This document shows, one piece after another, positions 61,509 to 64,000 of a DNA stretch of 64,000 nucleotides. The notes under the pieces are model-generated. The model was not told the origin of the DNA. It worked only from the letters and a program-made list of their open reading frames with translations, and ran no database searches. The position numbers and the translations under genes are program-made. The stretch's first letter is position 1, and every line of letters starts with the position of its first letter. Location of the stretch: assembly GCA_001662655.1 (NCBI GenBank), contig KV460212.1. One strand, 5' to 3'. This stretch comes from Pseudogymnoascus verrucosus. Its lineage: Eukaryota.

Positions 61509-61998
61509 TAGGGGGTTTGTTGTATTGATTAAGCGCGATGGTAGATTTAGGTGGTAGTAGTACCGGACGACATTACAGCGCTCGTTGTATCTGGTTATAA
61601 TATACTTTTAATACCCAACTGTCTTCTATCTCAACCTGTGAGATATGTTAGAACTGCATATGTTCAGTCCCGCATGGCATCTAGATTGCGTACGCATACG
61701 GCTCCGTCACGTGAATCTAGCCAATCAGCAGCCCGCAATTCATCACCCCGTCATATCCGGAGCCCACGAGTCTCGAAGGCCCAGTAATTCCAAGAACCAA
61801 TTTTATAAAGTCTCCAGCCAACGGACTATTTAATCCAACACTCGTTCTCTGTGCGATGTCCAACTGAACCTCTCGATCCGATATTTCCTTCTGCCGGCCC
61901 TCAGCACGAACCTCGACCAACCAAGGCGCACCCAGTGGAACTTGCGGCTCACCTAAAACACACCCCGGCCCCGAGCCACGACGCTCTATCTGTACGAT

Positions 61999-63620
61999 AT
62001 GGCGATGTCGATGAATCGACGCGTTCTTGTGAGCGCTATACTCACGGCAACTGCAACGATGGCGATGGCACATGAGCACGATGAGGCGGAGATACCAGAT
62101 GGGAGTGCCGTCAGCGCAGAGCCGTTGGTTAGTTGATCCTGGGGTTCTCGCGGAGATAGTGGGAGCTGAAGGGGGGTTGATAAGGTTGGATGGTGCTGAC
62201 GGATTGTAGGATGCGATTCTTTGGATACATATTATCATACAGATGGTTGCCTTTGGGATTATCTTCCCAGTAGGGATGGTGCTTGGTGTAAGTTATCCCT
62301 TTCCCCCACTGCCGATGCCCCTTCCTGGAGGTCGGAATAGAAGCTGACGCGCCACCTCTCCATAGATCGTCCGCAACCGCTGGCATGTCCCCGTCCAAGT
62401 CCTCGGAACCGCCATAGCAATCGTAGGCTACTTCCTCGGCCACGCCCACAAAGGCCGCCAATTCGCACCCAACGTGCACGCCAAATTCGCAAACTGGCTC
62501 ATGCTCATGCTCGTCGCCCAGGTCGTGATGGGCGCCTACCTCCGCCTCCACCTCACCAAGGGCATCAACGGCAAGGTGCGCCCCGGTGTCCTCCTCGGGC
62601 ACAACATCCTCGGCAAGGCCATCCCCGTCGCTAGCTGGACGCAGATGCTGTTTGGCGGCATCGCAGCGCTCGGATTCTGCCGCGACGACCACCTGGGACA
62701 GTGCCTTGCTCACTTCATCATGGGGTCCGCATTCATCGCTTACGGTATCATCATGATGATCATGCTGCTCGTCGGTCAGGCATGGCTACGCCGCTCAGGC
62801 CGCAGCCAGGAGTTCTTCGACAGCGCCGTCATTGCGGCATGGGGTTGCGTCAACACGTTCACCGAGCACCGCTGGGGCGGCGCATGGGTCGAAAACGACA
62901 TCCAGCACACTGTCATGGGCGTCATCTGGTGGGCAGCGGGTCTGGCAGGCATCTGGCTCGCCAGAGGCCGTGATGGTAGCCCCAAGCGCAACTTCGTGCC
63001 GGGCTTCGTCCTCTTCTTGACGGGATGGGGTATGAGCGCGCATCCGCAGCATAACATGCTTAGCACCATGGTGCATGTTGCGTTTGGATACACGCTCATG
63101 GCGGCGGGTGTGACGCGGATGGTCGAGGTTATGTTCGTGCTGAATGATAAGGCGTCGACGGACAGCGGCGAGCCGAGGTCGTTCCAATATATTCCACCTT
63201 TCGTAAGCTACCCCTTTCCTCTGATATAACTGTAGAATGGTCTGGCTAACTAGTGGATAGCTACTTATGGCCTCTGGTTTCACATTCATGAGCGCTACCG
63301 AGGAACAGATGGCTCTCCTCTCCGGCGCAGGCATCGACCACGTCTCGTACATCCTGGTGCTCTACTCCTTCGCCTTCCTCATGTTCCTCCTCGTCAACGT
63401 ACTTCTACACATCTACGCTGTCAACGCGGGCCCATCAGTGCCTCCCAAGGACGTCGAGGGCGTGCGCAGACACAGGCCATCGGATAGCAGACAGATCCGC
63501 GAGGCGGAGGAGTTTGAGCTCGACGGACTGATCAGCGATGATGAGGGAGGCCGGGAGAGGGAGAGTGGGCTCGAGAGCCCGAGTACTCTAGGGAAGAACA
63601 GCGAGGTCAGGGTTTCTTAG
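61999..63620 (+). CDS. YTP1: Ytp1-like integral membrane protein; exons 61999-62127, 62210-62287, 62366-63202, 63261-63620
   Basis: Signal peptide + HEH; ILWIH...IIFPVGMVLG; RWHVPVQ; GFCRDDHLGQCLAHFIMGSAFIAYG; NTFTEHRWG; DIQHT; MSAHPQ; FMSATEEQ. Confidence 0.88.
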
Positions 63621-64000
63621 AGGGGAAGTGGAAAATGGGGAATTGTAGTATATATGTGTTTGAGTTTGGCACGGAGTTGGGGGCATTGCGATTGCTAAGG
63701 AATGGTTCACTTATACTATTTTAATGCGGGATTGAACGCCATAGGAAAGTGGGAGTGGTTTTTGTGAATAGAGACGTTTGCATTCAAGTTTGCGTGTTGT
63801 TCTTTCCGTGCTGGTTGGTAAACGTAAATGTGAGAATACTTGATGACAAAGCCGGTCAGGATAGAAACTTGTTCCAGTGACTCAGACGGCGGCGGGCGCA
63901 GGTGCAGCTGCGCCTCGAGAAGAATTACAAAACCAGTAGAAGTATTTTATATTTCTAACAATCCGTCAAAGAACTATCATACTATCCAAAAACAAAACTA

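Overview
Eukaryotic DNA from a filamentous ascomycete (Pezizomycotina). Evidence: short GT-AG introns with CTRAC branch points and fungal orthologues. A Leotiomycete such as Pseudogymnoascus is my guess, not a determination. It is a draft assembly with three N gaps. The window holds about 22 protein-coding genes, mostly housekeeping: STE3-type pheromone receptor, SNF21/STH1 remodeller ATPase, CTR9, carboxylesterase, LYS4, ERF4/golgin-A7 protein, HEM1, GFA-like protein, GH1 beta-glucosidase, DCP1, OCRL-like inositol 5-phosphatase, MEP ammonium transporter and YTP1. It starts with the 3' end of a Tc1/mariner element. An accessory-looking block at about 25-34 kb contains an atypical SET protein, an F-box-like protein, a CadD-family transporter, a GST pseudogene, an erythromycin esterase and a hypothetical gene. 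Highlights: (1) a 66-aa spliced Cys-rich tail protein, absent from the ORF track, with a ubiquitin-like MRGG motif; (2) a stand-alone secreted SH3b-like 8-Cys protein; (3) an ERF4 gene with 427 AUG-free in-frame codons upstream of its first Met; (4) a MAT1-1-1-type CTATTGAG site upstream of STE3; (5) a C-rich 5' to G-rich 3' polarity along many genes. No rRNA, tRNA or CRISPR array was recognised. All family assignments come from motif recognition, not database searches.
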